In this document: in pieces, positions 29,226-38,673 of the stretch | How the letters are laid out: each line of letters begins with the position of its first letter | Position numbering within the stretch: position 1 is the stretch's first letter | From: an uncultured Acidobacteriota bacterium | GTDB lineage: Bacteria; Acidobacteriota; UBA6911; RPQK01; JAPXNP01 | Direction of reading: 5' to 3' | DNA length: 64,000 bases | NCBI GenBank assembly: GCA_963777605.1 | Contig: CAVZRV010000010.1 | Location: 160,001 to 224,000, forward strand | Translations under genes and position numbers: made by a program | The notes under the pieces: generated by a model | The model's input: the letters and a program-made list of their open reading frames with translations, nothing else | What the model was told of the DNA's origin: nothing | Databases searched by the model: none

Positions 29226-29252
29226 TCAAGTTCCGCGTTTAACCGCCGATAT
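29226..29252 (+). promoter_or_regulatory. Sigma-28 (FliA)-type promoter
   Basis: TCAAG-N14-GCCGATAT upstream of the REC/HD-GYP remnant. Confidence 0.6.
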
Positions 29253-29317
29253 GAGACTGTGCCTTTTGCGTGCCTGAACGCACACGTTGGGTCTCAACGG
29301 CGGCGTCCCCGACTGCG

Positions 29318-29906
29318 ATGGAAAACTTGAGGATTCTGATTGTTGACGACAGTTCGGTAATGCGGGCCTCCCTTCGGAAAATGGTCTCTCCCATTTCCGG
29401 GTCGGTCGTGGTCGCCAAGCAACGGGGAGGAAGGACTCGCCGCCGCCCTCAACAACGGGATCGACCTCATCCTCAGCGATGTCGATATGCCTGCCCTCGA
29501 CGGGATTGAGATGTGTCGAAGGCTGCGCCAGAACGAGGCTACCCGGTCGAAGCCGGTAATCCTGAACGAAATCGTGCTCCACCATCACGAGCGTGTTGAT
29601 GGACGGGGATACCCTGATGGCCTCGATGGGGAGCGGATTCCAATCCTGGCACGAATGACGGCCGTAGCCGACACCTTCCACGCCCTGACCAGCGACCGCC
29701 CCTATCGCAAAGGTATGCCGGTCGCGAAGGCGGAAGCCATCATCAACAAGGTCCGAGGGACTCAACTCTGCCCGGAAAGTGTCGACCTTTTCCTGGAGTT
29801 TCTCGAAAGGTCATCGTCGAAGGTCGGAGAAGCAGCGGAGGCGGACCGGTCAGACAGGTTCGACCCGCCGACCGGCCCGAAAACGAGAGTTACCGGCCTG
29901 CCTTGA
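29318..29906 (+). pseudogene. Response regulator/HD-GYP phosphodiesterase remnant (frameshift plus internal deletion)
   Basis: ILIVDDS..., an extra A near 29417, then DLILSDVDMP.LDG...PVIL fused directly to NEIVLHHHER.DG.GYP...ADTFHALTSDRPYRK. Confidence 0.85.
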
Positions 29907-30504
29907 AGCGGCGGGAGACTTCTTCCCAATTCACTACCTTCCACCACGCTTCAACATACTCGGCACGGCGGTTCTGGTAGCGAAGGTAATAGGCGTGTTC
30001 CCAGACATCCAGTCCGAGGATGGGCACCTTACCCTCCATCAGAGGACTGTCCTGGTTGGCTGTCGAGAAAAGATCGAGTCCGCCCTGGGAGTTGATCGCC
30101 AGCCAGGCCCATCCGGACCCAAACCGACCCATCGCGGCGGCACTGAATTTCTCTTTGAAGTTCGTAACGGAGCTGAACGCGTTATTGATCGCATCGGCCA
30201 GATCACCCGCCGGCTCTCCGCCTCCCTGGGGAGACATGATCTGCCAGAAGAGAGAGTGGTTGGCGTGTCCACCACCGTTGTTCCTCACGGCGGTCCGAAC
30301 CGACTCAGGTACAGCCGCGCAGTTGCCTGCCAGCAGTTCCTCCACGCTCTTGCCGGCCAATCCGGAGGCCGATTCAACGGCCTTGTTCAGATTGGCAACA
30401 TAACCCGCGTGGTGTTTGCCGTGGTGAACCTCCATCGTCTTCTGGTCGATACTGGACGCCAGCGCATCGGTCGCATATGGTAAATCGGGCAGTGAGAAAC
30501 TCAT
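29890..30504 (-). CDS. sodA: Mn/Fe superoxide dismutase
   Basis: [25 protein letters not shown] and DVWEHAYY motifs (GGG/QD pattern is Mn-type-like). Confidence 0.96.
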   Translation of the reverse strand: MSFSLPDLPYATDALASSIDQKTMEVHHGKHHAGYVANLNKAVESASGLAGKSVEELLAGNCAAVPESVRTAVRNNGGGHANHSLFWQIMSPQGGGEPAGDLADAINNAFSSVTNFKEKFSAAAMGRFGSGWAWLAINSQGGLDLFSTANQDSPLMEGKVPILGLDVWEHAYYLRYQNRRAEYVEAWWKVVNWEEVSRRFKAGR

Positions 30505-30743
30505 GATATAGGACTCCTTCCAGCCTTTCGTAGCAAATTAACTCATTCAAGAAACCCGAGAGACGGGCGCCGGGAATCAACCGGCTTCGCAACAACAACG
30601 TATACGAGTCTAACCCCGCCCAAGGTTTCGCTTCTTAGCTATTATTAAATCGCTTATTAACACCAAGATCAAAAAAATCCATCCGGGCGCGAAAAATTGC
30701 ACCGTCCAGGGCGGGATTCGAGTTCCTCTTTTGGGTGGGAAGT

Positions 30744-30900
30744 GGGCTTCCGGGGCGGTCGGCCTCCCTGCTGACGCCCAGGTTGGGTCCTGCCGTCGGG
30801 CGGTCTCCGCCCGCGAAACGTCTTCGGTCCTGCAGACGGCTGGCGGCAACGAATCCACGGGCACACGCCTGGGCAAACGGACTCCCGGAACGCGATGCCC
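30744..30900. ncRNA. Candidate structured element in the purA-sodA intergenic region
   Basis: Nested stems TTCCGGG/CCCGGAA, GCCCAGG/CCTGGGC and TGCCGT/ACGG-GCA, with internal hairpins; no Rfam family recognised. Confidence 0.3.
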
Positions 30901-30922
30901 TTCGTGTCGGAAGGGGAAGGAA

Positions 30923-32227
30923 TTACTTTTTGGAGAAGTAGGCAGCGCCTTCGGTACCGGGCACCAGAATCGTCTCTGCCCGGTCGGGCCCAGTCGAGAC
31001 GACCGCGATCTCACAATCGACCAATTCGGAGAGCCGGGCCAGGTAAGAGCGCGCATTCTCCGGCAAGTCGTCGTAGCAGGTAATCCCGGCGGTCGGTTCG
31101 GTCCATCCTGGATAGCTCTCGTAGATCGGCTCCACCTCGGCCAGTGCTTCGGTGCTGTCGGGAAGGAACTCGACCACCTGATCTCCGTGGCGGTAGGCGA
31201 CACACACCTGAATCGCTTCGAGTCCATCCAGGACATCGAGTTTCGTTATTACGAGAGAGGTCACCTTGTTCACGGCCGTCGAATAACGCCCTACGACAGC
31301 ATCGAACCAGCCGCATCGTCGAGGGCGCCCCGTTGAGGCTCCGAACTCGCTCCCTTTACCGCGAATCTGCTCACCCATCGCGCCAGTCAACTCGGTCGGG
31401 AATGGCCCTTCACCGACCCGGGTCGTGTAAGCCTTGCTGATCCCCACGACGCCGTCGATCACTCCTGGACCTACCCCGGTACCCGTGCAGGCACCTCCCG
31501 CCGTGGCATTCGAAGAGGTCACGAAGGGGTAGGTTCCGTGGTCCAAATCCAGCAGAGTCCCCTGCGCACCTTCGAACAAAATGCTCTTCCCTTCCCGAAC
31601 CGCCCGGTTGATCCACTCAGCAGTATCCACGATCAGTGGAAGTATCCGATCAGCGACTCCAAGATATGATTCGATAATCTCATCCGCATCCAGAGGTTCA
31701 ACTCCGTAAACCTTTGTCAGAATGAGATTCTTGAAAGCTACGTTGTCTCGGACTTTGGCCGCAAAGCGGTCGGGATGTCGAAGCGCCTCCAGCCTGATCC
31801 CGCGCCGGCCGGCCTTGTCCTCGTAACAGGGTCCGATCCCGCGGCTGGTGGTTCCAATCTTCTGGTCACCAAGGCGCAACTCTTCGGCCATTTCCACCGC
31901 CCGGTGATAAGGCATGATCAGGTGGCACCGGCTGCTGATGAACAGCCTGCCCGCAACCTCGAACTCGGCCAGGGCATCGAGTTCCTCGAGCAAAGCAAAC
32001 GGGTCAACCACAACCCCGTTTCCGATTACGCAGAGGCGATCTCGGTGCAGGATTCCCGAAGGAATCAGGTGGAGAACGTACTTGCGCCCCTCGATGATGA
32101 CGGTGTGGCCGGCGTTGTGGCCGCCCTGCACCCGTGCTACGACCTCGAAGTTCTCCGAGAGCAGATCCACGATCTTGCCTTTGCCCTCGTCACCCCACTG
32201 TGTTCCTACAACCACGATATTCGGCAT
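30923..32227 (-). CDS. purA: Adenylosuccinate synthase
   Basis: QWGDEGKGK, GGHNAGHT, GTT.RGIGP, EGAQG, TRVG.GPF and TGRPRRCGW motifs. Confidence 0.98.
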   Translation of the reverse strand: MPNIVVVGTQWGDEGKGKIVDLLSENFEVVARVQGGHNAGHTVIIEGRKYVLHLIPSGILHRDRLCVIGNGVVVDPFALLEELDALAEFEVAGRLFISSRCHLIMPYHRAVEMAEELRLGDQKIGTTSRGIGPCYEDKAGRRGIRLEALRHPDRFAAKVRDNVAFKNLILTKVYGVEPLDADEIIESYLGVADRILPLIVDTAEWINRAVREGKSILFEGAQGTLLDLDHGTYPFVTSSNATAGGACTGTGVGPGVIDGVVGISKAYTTRVGEGPFPTELTGAMGEQIRGKGSEFGASTGRPRRCGWFDAVVGRYSTAVNKVTSLVITKLDVLDGLEAIQVCVAYRHGDQVVEFLPDSTEALAEVEPIYESYPGWTEPTAGITCYDDLPENARSYLARLSELVDCEIAVVSTGPDRAETILVPGTEGAAYFSKK

Positions 32228-32288
32228 AATTTCCCCATCGAACGGGCAAGGAGTTTAGTCGGAAACGGCTCTAAAGGAAAGGCCGAAT

Positions 32289-32319
32289 GCCGGAAACGCC
32301 TCCGAGCAGGCGTTCCGGC
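32289..32319 (-). terminator. Putative intrinsic terminator of trxA
   Basis: GCCGGAAACGCCT/AGGCGTTCCGGC hairpin followed on the minus strand by a T-rich stretch. Confidence 0.5.
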
Positions 32320-32349
32320 CCGGGCCCTGGACTATCTATCCGGATGGAA

Positions 32350-32676
32350 TCACAACTGGGCATCGATAACGCGCTGGATGTGATCCTTCGAAGTAGCACC
32401 AACGATCTGGTCCTTTACTTCGCCATTCTTGAAGAGCAGTAGCGTAGGGATACCCCGAATGTTGTACCGGGCAGACGTCTCTGAATTGTCGTCCACATTC
32501 AGTTTCACAACTTTCGCTTTGCCTTTGTAGTCACCGGCCACCTGGTCTACCGTCGGTGCCAGCATTCGGCAGGGAGCACACCAGGCTGCCCAGAAGTCCA
32601 CCAGAACCGGAACATCGGATTTGATGACTTCCGCATCAAACGTCTCATCAGAAACATCTTTAACCAAATCGCTCAT
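32350..32676 (-). CDS. trxA: Thioredoxin
   Basis: VDFWAAWCAPC, IPTL; 108 aa; GGAGG RBS. Confidence 0.96.
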   Translation of the reverse strand: MSDLVKDVSDETFDAEVIKSDVPVLVDFWAAWCAPCRMLAPTVDQVAGDYKGKAKVVKLNVDDNSETSARYNIRGIPTLLLFKNGEVKDQIVGATSKDHIQRVIDAQL

Positions 32677-32739
32677 CGTAGCCTCCGTCGAATCTCTTAA
32701 GCCATTTTAGTCTAAGCACTACTGGTAATATTAGGCACG

Positions 32740-33585
32740 TTGCAGGAACTAGTTCACGCCAAGAAGACATTGGGACAGCATTTCCTGGTAGACGACCAGT
32801 ACTGCCGGCGCATCGTCGATCTTGCGTGCATCGGCGACGCCGATCGGGTCGTCGAAATCGGTCCGGGTACGGGACAGCTGACCGAACATCTCGTCGCCCG
32901 GTCCCGCAAAGTCCTCGCACTCGAAATCGATCAAGATATGATCCATCTTCTGCAACAGCGCTTCGAAAAGGCGCTCACCGAGGGGCGCCTATCAATCGTG
33001 CACACCAACATCCTTGACCAGGACTGGATCAGCTTGCACCGTCTGATCGCTCCTGACGGTGGACCATTTTCCCCGGGAGGTCCGACACTCAAAGTGGTCG
33101 GCAACCTTCCCTACAACATTGCCACCCGCATTATCCAAAGGACGACAACGAACGCAAGAGGGTTTCAGGCTCTCGTCTTCATGACCCAAAAAGAGGTCGC
33201 CCAAAGGATCCTCGCTGAACCCGGTTCCCGGGACTACGGGTACATTTCCGTGTGGCTGGGATACTTCTTCGAGCGCGTAAAAGGGTTCGACGTCCCTCCC
33301 GGGGCGTTCCGTCCGCGTCCCAAAGTTTACTCCCATGTATTCTCGCTTTTCCCGAAACCGCCCGCCAGTGACCCGGTCGCTCCCGAGCAACTGCAATCGG
33401 TTCTCCGCGCCGCGTTCGGCCACCGCCGGAAGACACTCTGGAACAATCTTTCCCGGCACTATACCGACCACCGCCGGCTGGAGTCAGCCTTCGATCGTGC
33501 CGGACTTGCCCCGAAGACTCGCCCCGAACAAGTCACTCCGGACCAGTTTCTTTGTATGACCCGCGTGCTATCCTTTGCCCGATGA
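32740..33585 (+). CDS. rsmA: 16S rRNA dimethyladenosine transferase
   Basis: KK.LGQHFL, EIGPG.G, GNLPYNI, QKEVA.R, F.P.PKV.S and F..RRKTL.N motifs. Confidence 0.96.
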   Translation: MQELVHAKKTLGQHFLVDDQYCRRIVDLACIGDADRVVEIGPGTGQLTEHLVARSRKVLALEIDQDMIHLLQQRFEKALTEGRLSIVHTNILDQDWISLHRLIAPDGGPFSPGGPTLKVVGNLPYNIATRIIQRTTTNARGFQALVFMTQKEVAQRILAEPGSRDYGYISVWLGYFFERVKGFDVPPGAFRPRPKVYSHVFSLFPKPPASDPVAPEQLQSVLRAAFGHRRKTLWNNLSRHYTDHRRLESAFDRAGLAPKTRPEQVTPDQFLCMTRVLSFAR

Positions 33586-35249
33586 GTGATTTTGTGGAAG
33601 TGATCCCGCTCGGTGGACTGGGCGAATTCGGCATGAACTGCTGCGCCCTCCGTTACGGTTCCGACATCATCCTGATCGACGCCGGGATGGCATTTCCTCG
33701 CGGGGAGAAAGGGCTCGACCTGGGGGTCCAGGTGATCGTTCCTGATTTCATCTTTGTCAAGGAGCATCGCGATCAGATCCGCGGCCTGATTCTGACCCAC
33801 GGTCATGAAGACCACGTGGGAGCAGTTTCGTTCCTGCTCCAGGAAATGAAACTGCCCATCTACGGAAGCGCCCTGACCCTCGGCCTGGTGGAGGAGCGAC
33901 TCAAAGAACGCAAGGTCGCGCACCTGGCTGAGTTTCACGAGATCCAATCCCGCGACAAGCTTGACTTCGGTCCTTTTCAGATCGAGCCGCTCCATGTGAC
34001 GCATTCCTATCCCGACAGTTTCTGCCTGGCGATTTCGACTCCGATCGGCTGCATCCTCTGGAGCGGAGACTTCAAGTTTGATCAGACGCCCATCGACGGA
34101 GTCGGTACCGACCTTCACCGACTGGCAGCCTACGGTGAGGAAGGCGTGCTGGCGCTTTTCGCGGACAGCACCAACAGCCTGCGGAGTGGCCTGGCTCCTT
34201 CTGAGTTTTCCGTCTACGAGCCACTGCGGAACCTTTTCCGTCGCTCGACTCGAAAGATTGTCGCCTCCACCTTTTCGTCGGGAATCCACCGCATCCAGGT
34301 CTTTCTCGACCTGGCCGAAGAGTTCGACCGCCGGGTCGTCCCGATCGGCAGGAGCATGATCAACAACATTCGGATCGCCACCGAGTTGGGTTACCTGGAT
34401 GCGCCGCCTGAACTTCTCATCAGTGCACCCGAGGCCGAACAAGTCCAGCCCGAACGCCTGCTCGTCCTGGCAACCGGCAGCCAGGGAGAGCCCGCTTCGG
34501 CGATGAGCCGGCTCGCCGTGGATCAGTTCAAGGGGATCCACGTCGAGGAAGACGACACCGTGATTCTTTCAACCCGGATCATTCCCGGCAACGAGATGTC
34601 GATCTCCCGAATGGTCAACCATTTCGTCCGCAGGGGCGCTCGTTTCTACGACTCCAATCACTCGCTCGTTCATGTCTCCGGACATGGCTACCGGGACGAT
34701 CTCAAGCTGTTGATGAACCTGACCCGGCCCCGATTCTTCGTCCCGATTCACGGCGAGTACCGGCAACTCAAAAGCCACTACTGGATTGCCCAAGACCAGG
34801 GAATCCCGGAGGAAGACTGCGCCCTGATCGAGAACGGTGACGTACTCCGGATCACTCTCCACGAACTCAAAGTGGTCGATCGAGTCCCGGCGGGCCGGCG
34901 ACCCATCGACGAAGGCGCCCTCGAAGAAGTCCACGAACTGGTTCTGCGCGACCGGAGATTCATGTCCGAGGACGGGTTCGTCCTGGTGATTCTCCAGATC
35001 GACCGGCCGTCCGGGGAACTGGTCGGCGATCCCGAAATCGTCTCGCGGGGATTCGTCCACCCGGAGCAGTCCGAGGTTCTCTTGAAAGCCGCGCGCGAAA
35101 AGATCATCGAGGTCCTCTCCAGCACCAGCCTGGAAGAGAAACAGGATGACGAAATTCTGAGCGAACTCCTTCGCAAGGAACTGCGCCGCCTCTTCCGGAA
35201 GAGGACTGGAAAAAGGCCACTGGTCCTGTCACTCGTCATGGAGAACTGA
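33582..35249 (+). CDS. rnj: Ribonuclease J
   Basis: PLGGLGE.G.N, THGHEDH, GDFK.D, DSTN, TGSQGEP, HVSGH and P.HGE motifs. Confidence 0.96.
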   Translation: MSDFVEVIPLGGLGEFGMNCCALRYGSDIILIDAGMAFPRGEKGLDLGVQVIVPDFIFVKEHRDQIRGLILTHGHEDHVGAVSFLLQEMKLPIYGSALTLGLVEERLKERKVAHLAEFHEIQSRDKLDFGPFQIEPLHVTHSYPDSFCLAISTPIGCILWSGDFKFDQTPIDGVGTDLHRLAAYGEEGVLALFADSTNSLRSGLAPSEFSVYEPLRNLFRRSTRKIVASTFSSGIHRIQVFLDLAEEFDRRVVPIGRSMINNIRIATELGYLDAPPELLISAPEAEQVQPERLLVLATGSQGEPASAMSRLAVDQFKGIHVEEDDTVILSTRIIPGNEMSISRMVNHFVRRGARFYDSNHSLVHVSGHGYRDDLKLLMNLTRPRFFVPIHGEYRQLKSHYWIAQDQGIPEEDCALIENGDVLRITLHELKVVDRVPAGRRPIDEGALEEVHELVLRDRRFMSEDGFVLVILQIDRPSGELVGDPEIVSRGFVHPEQSEVLLKAAREKIIEVLSSTSLEEKQDDEILSELLRKELRRLFRKRTGKRPLVLSLVMEN

Positions 35250-35343
35250 TCCAGCCTCCCCTGTCTGTCGGGTCTGCTATGCTGAGGCGAGGCAGGCTCG
35301 GACCGAACGCCCGGTTGAATTCAGTTTCGAGGATTGAGTATCC

Positions 35344-37644
35344 ATGGCCGTGCAACTCAAGAAGAAATCGCGAGAAATGTCAGGGCTAATTTACCTGGCT
35401 GTGACCTGCCTCCTTTACCTGGCCCTTTTCAGCTACCGCACCCTCGACCCGTCGATGAACGTCGCGTCGTCGACAAGCAGTGTGAGCAACCTGGTTGGCA
35501 GGGTTGGATCCTGGACCGCCGACATTCTTTTTCAGTTTCTTGGGGTTTCCGCAATCCTCGTCCCCCTTCCATTGCTTTTCGTGGGAGTTCGCAAATTGCT
35601 CGGGCGGGGGATCGAGTACCCTTGGCTGAAGACTCTTGGATTCCTCGGGATTATCCTCAGCCTCGCCGGACTCCTCAGCCTGGCTGAACCTGTCTTCCCT
35701 ATCCGCCTCGAGTTCCAACCCGGAGGCGTCCTCGGAACAGTGGTTTCCGAGGGGATCGTCAAGTGGCTCAACTCGACCGGTGGAGGAGTGGTGCTGGGTG
35801 TCATCCTGCTCGCTTCACTGACTTTGACGACCCGCTTCTCGATCGAAGGAATGGTCACCTGGCTCGGCACAAAGCGTTTCCATCCTTTCTCTGGAATTCG
35901 TCAGCGGTGGGCAGCCTGGAAGGCACGACGGCGCGACCACAAAGCCGTTAGCGAGCTCCGTAAGGCGGACAGGCAGGTGGTGACCCAGTCGGTTCCGCGC
36001 CAGATCGCGATGGGCGGCGGGGAGGAAAGCACTTCGACGGATTCTGCGGGGAGAAAAATAGCGGTCTCCGACCCGGGGCGAGCTGCCAACCGCCCCCCGG
36101 TTGTAGAACCGGTCCGCCGGCAGAGCTATCCGGCCCAATCGCAGTCGGAAAGAGGCTCCCGCTACCAACTCGAAGAGGAGGATTCCAGGGACGACCGGGA
36201 ATTCGTTTTGCCGAACCTCAGCTTTCTGCAGGAGCCTCCCGATTCGCTCGAGTACGACGAGCAGGAGCTGGTCCAGCGGGCCCACAAGCTGACCATGAAG
36301 TGCGCTGAATTCGGTGTCACCGGGCAGGTTAAGCAAATTCATCCGGGGCCGGTGGTCACGACCTTCGAGTTCAAGCCCGATCCGGGGGTCAAGTACAGCC
36401 GGATCACCAACCTGGAAGATGACCTCTGCCTCGCGATGAAGGCTGAATCAATCCGCATCGACCGCTTCCCGGGCAAGAGCACGGTCGGAATCGAAGTTCC
36501 CAATCTGAAACGGCGCATCATCTTTCTGGAAGAGATTTTCTCCTCCAGCCATTTCCAGGAGGCATCGTCCAAGCTGACCCTGGGTCTGGGTCAACTGATC
36601 AACGGAGAGACTTTCGTAGCCGATCTGGCCCGCATGCCTCACCTCCTGATTGCAGGTTCCACGGGGTCGGGCAAGAGCGTGGGCTTGAACTGCATGGTTT
36701 GTTCGATTCTCTACAAGGCGCGCCCTGACGAAGTCCGTTTCATCATGGTTGACCCCAAGCGGCTCGAGTTGGGTCTCTACGACCAAATTCCCCACCTGAT
36801 GACTCCGATCGTGACCGACCCCAAAAAGGCGGCCAACGCACTCAACTGGGCAGTCCGGGAGATGGAGGACCGATACAAGGTTCTGGCCCAGCAGGGCGTC
36901 CGGAACATCGCCCAGTTCAACGAAGCGGCCCGCGCATCCCAGGAGTCGGAGGATGGAGAAGCTTTGGCGCCGCTTCCCAACATCGTCATCATCGTCGATG
37001 AACTCGCGGATCTCATGATGACGGCGGGCAAAGAAGTGGAAACCGCCGTGACCCGCTTGGCGCAGATGGCCCGGGCCGTCGGCATCCATCTCATCCTGGC
37101 TACCCAGCGTCCCTCAGTCGATGTCATCACCGGGTTAATCAAGGCCAACTTTCCGTGCCGGATCTCCTTCCGGGTCTCTTCCAAGATCGACAGCCGCACG
37201 ATCCTCGATTCAAACGGGTCCGAGCAACTTCTGGGCATGGGTGACTCGCTCTACCTCTCTCCGGAATCGTCCCGTCTGGTGCGCATCCACGGGGCCTACA
37301 TCAGTGAAAAGGAAATCGCACGAATTGTCCGTTTCCTGAAGGAGCAGGGCCAGCCAGAGTACCAGGAGGAGATTCTGCTGGGAGACGAGAACGACTCCGA
37401 TTCGTCTCTGGTCGATCTCGGGGATCTCGAAGACTCTCTTTACGCCGAGTCCGCTCGCTTCGTGGTGGAGACCCGCAAGGCTTCGACTTCGCTTCTCCAG
37501 CGTCGCTTTCGGATCGGCTACGGTAGAGCTGCTCGCCTCCTCGACATGATGGAGCACGAAGGAATCGTGGGTCCGCCGGATGGCAGTCGTCCCAGGGAGA
37601 TTCTGGTTCCGCCGGACTATTTCAACGAAATCGATAACCTGTGA
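35344..37644 (+). CDS. ftsK: DNA translocase FtsK/SpoIIIE
   Basis: N-terminal TM region; MPHLLIAGSTGSGKS, DELADLM, ATQRPSVDV; gamma domain LQRR.RIGYGRAARL. Confidence 0.97.
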   Translation: MAVQLKKKSREMSGLIYLAVTCLLYLALFSYRTLDPSMNVASSTSSVSNLVGRVGSWTADILFQFLGVSAILVPLPLLFVGVRKLLGRGIEYPWLKTLGFLGIILSLAGLLSLAEPVFPIRLEFQPGGVLGTVVSEGIVKWLNSTGGGVVLGVILLASLTLTTRFSIEGMVTWLGTKRFHPFSGIRQRWAAWKARRRDHKAVSELRKADRQVVTQSVPRQIAMGGGEESTSTDSAGRKIAVSDPGRAANRPPVVEPVRRQSYPAQSQSERGSRYQLEEEDSRDDREFVLPNLSFLQEPPDSLEYDEQELVQRAHKLTMKCAEFGVTGQVKQIHPGPVVTTFEFKPDPGVKYSRITNLEDDLCLAMKAESIRIDRFPGKSTVGIEVPNLKRRIIFLEEIFSSSHFQEASSKLTLGLGQLINGETFVADLARMPHLLIAGSTGSGKSVGLNCMVCSILYKARPDEVRFIMVDPKRLELGLYDQIPHLMTPIVTDPKKAANALNWAVREMEDRYKVLAQQGVRNIAQFNEAARASQESEDGEALAPLPNIVIIVDELADLMMTAGKEVETAVTRLAQMARAVGIHLILATQRPSVDVITGLIKANFPCRISFRVSSKIDSRTILDSNGSEQLLGMGDSLYLSPESSRLVRIHGAYISEKEIARIVRFLKEQGQPEYQEEILLGDENDSDSSLVDLGDLEDSLYAESARFVVETRKASTSLLQRRFRIGYGRAARLLDMMEHEGIVGPPDGSRPREILVPPDYFNEIDNL

Positions 37645-37742
37645 GAGGCCGTCCCAGACCCGGGACTCCCGTTGAACCCAGTGGCTCCGGAGGCGAAGTT
37701 CTCCGAATCTGCAAGTCGACCTGGGGTAGAATAGAAAAGACA

Positions 37743-38642
37743 ATGGGTCGGCATCTGATTCCCACGCTTTTCAGCGTCGTTCTCATATTGGGCCCGTCGC
37801 TGGGCCAGGACAAGCCTCAAGGACCACCCCGGTTCACGGTGGAGGTACCGACGGTACTGGTTCGGGTGACCGTTACCGATCCCCTGAATCGATACGTAGT
37901 CGGCCTCGAGAAGCAGCACTTCCAGGTTTACGAAGACAAGGTCGAACAGAGCATCTCCCACTTCTCCAACGACAAGTCCCCGATCAGCGTCGGCATTATT
38001 CTCGACACCAGCGGGTCAATGGGGGACAACATCCTGAGTGCTCGAACCTCCGTGGCGCGCTTCCTGGAACAGTCGGACCCTGCCGATGAGATGTTTCTCA
38101 TCGGCTTCAACGACCGAAGCACGGTGCTCCGGGATTTCACCGCCAACCCCGACACCCTCCGCGGAGACATTTCGGTGGTCGGACCAAAGGGTAGAACCGC
38201 TCTCTACGACGCCATCTACCTGGGCCTCGAGAAAATGTCCCAGGCCCGAAACGACAAGAAGGCCCTGATCGTGATCACGGACGGCGAGGACAACACGAGT
38301 CGATACACCTTCAGCGAAGTGAAGGATCGTGTAAAAGAGTCCGATACGCAGATCTACGTGATCGGCGAGCGGGGAGAACTGGGCTACGGAAGAGGGATCA
38401 TCAACGAAATTGTCCGCCTCACCGGCGGACGCGCATTCTTTCCCCACAACTTCAAACAGTTGGACTATTTCGTGGACCTTATTCATACGGAACTCCGCAA
38501 CCAATACGTGCTCGGTTTCGTTCCCCTCGACCAGAACTTCTCCGGAGAGTGGCGCAAGCTCAGGGTGAAACTGGATCCGCCCGAAGGGCTGCCGAAGTTG
38601 ACCGTGCGTGCCCGCGAGGGTTATTTTGCGCCGGTTAACTGA
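37743..38642 (+). CDS. Secreted VWA-domain protein (Acidobacterial type)
   Basis: Signal peptide; MIDAS DTSGS, TALYDA, TDGEDN; ends RAREGYFAP. Confidence 0.9.
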   Translation: MGRHLIPTLFSVVLILGPSLGQDKPQGPPRFTVEVPTVLVRVTVTDPLNRYVVGLEKQHFQVYEDKVEQSISHFSNDKSPISVGIILDTSGSMGDNILSARTSVARFLEQSDPADEMFLIGFNDRSTVLRDFTANPDTLRGDISVVGPKGRTALYDAIYLGLEKMSQARNDKKALIVITDGEDNTSRYTFSEVKDRVKESDTQIYVIGERGELGYGRGIINEIVRLTGGRAFFPHNFKQLDYFVDLIHTELRNQYVLGFVPLDQNFSGEWRKLRVKLDPPEGLPKLTVRAREGYFAPVN

Positions 38643-38673
38643 GAACGACGTCGTACCCGTTGGAGGGACCCTC

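Noticed and set aside
18209-30730. Integrative element at tRNA-Leu, with GGGATTCGAGTTCC near 30713 as attR
   Set aside because: Only a loose T-arm resemblance with no CTCCGGCACCA copy; no integrase or transposase; no obvious composition shift
30610-30922. Protein-coding ORFs crossing the purA-sodA gap
   Set aside because: Pro/Arg-rich, low-information translations overlapping purA in other frames
32578-32592. Thioredoxin WCAPC instead of WCGPC as unusual
   Set aside because: A common natural variant of the active-site motif
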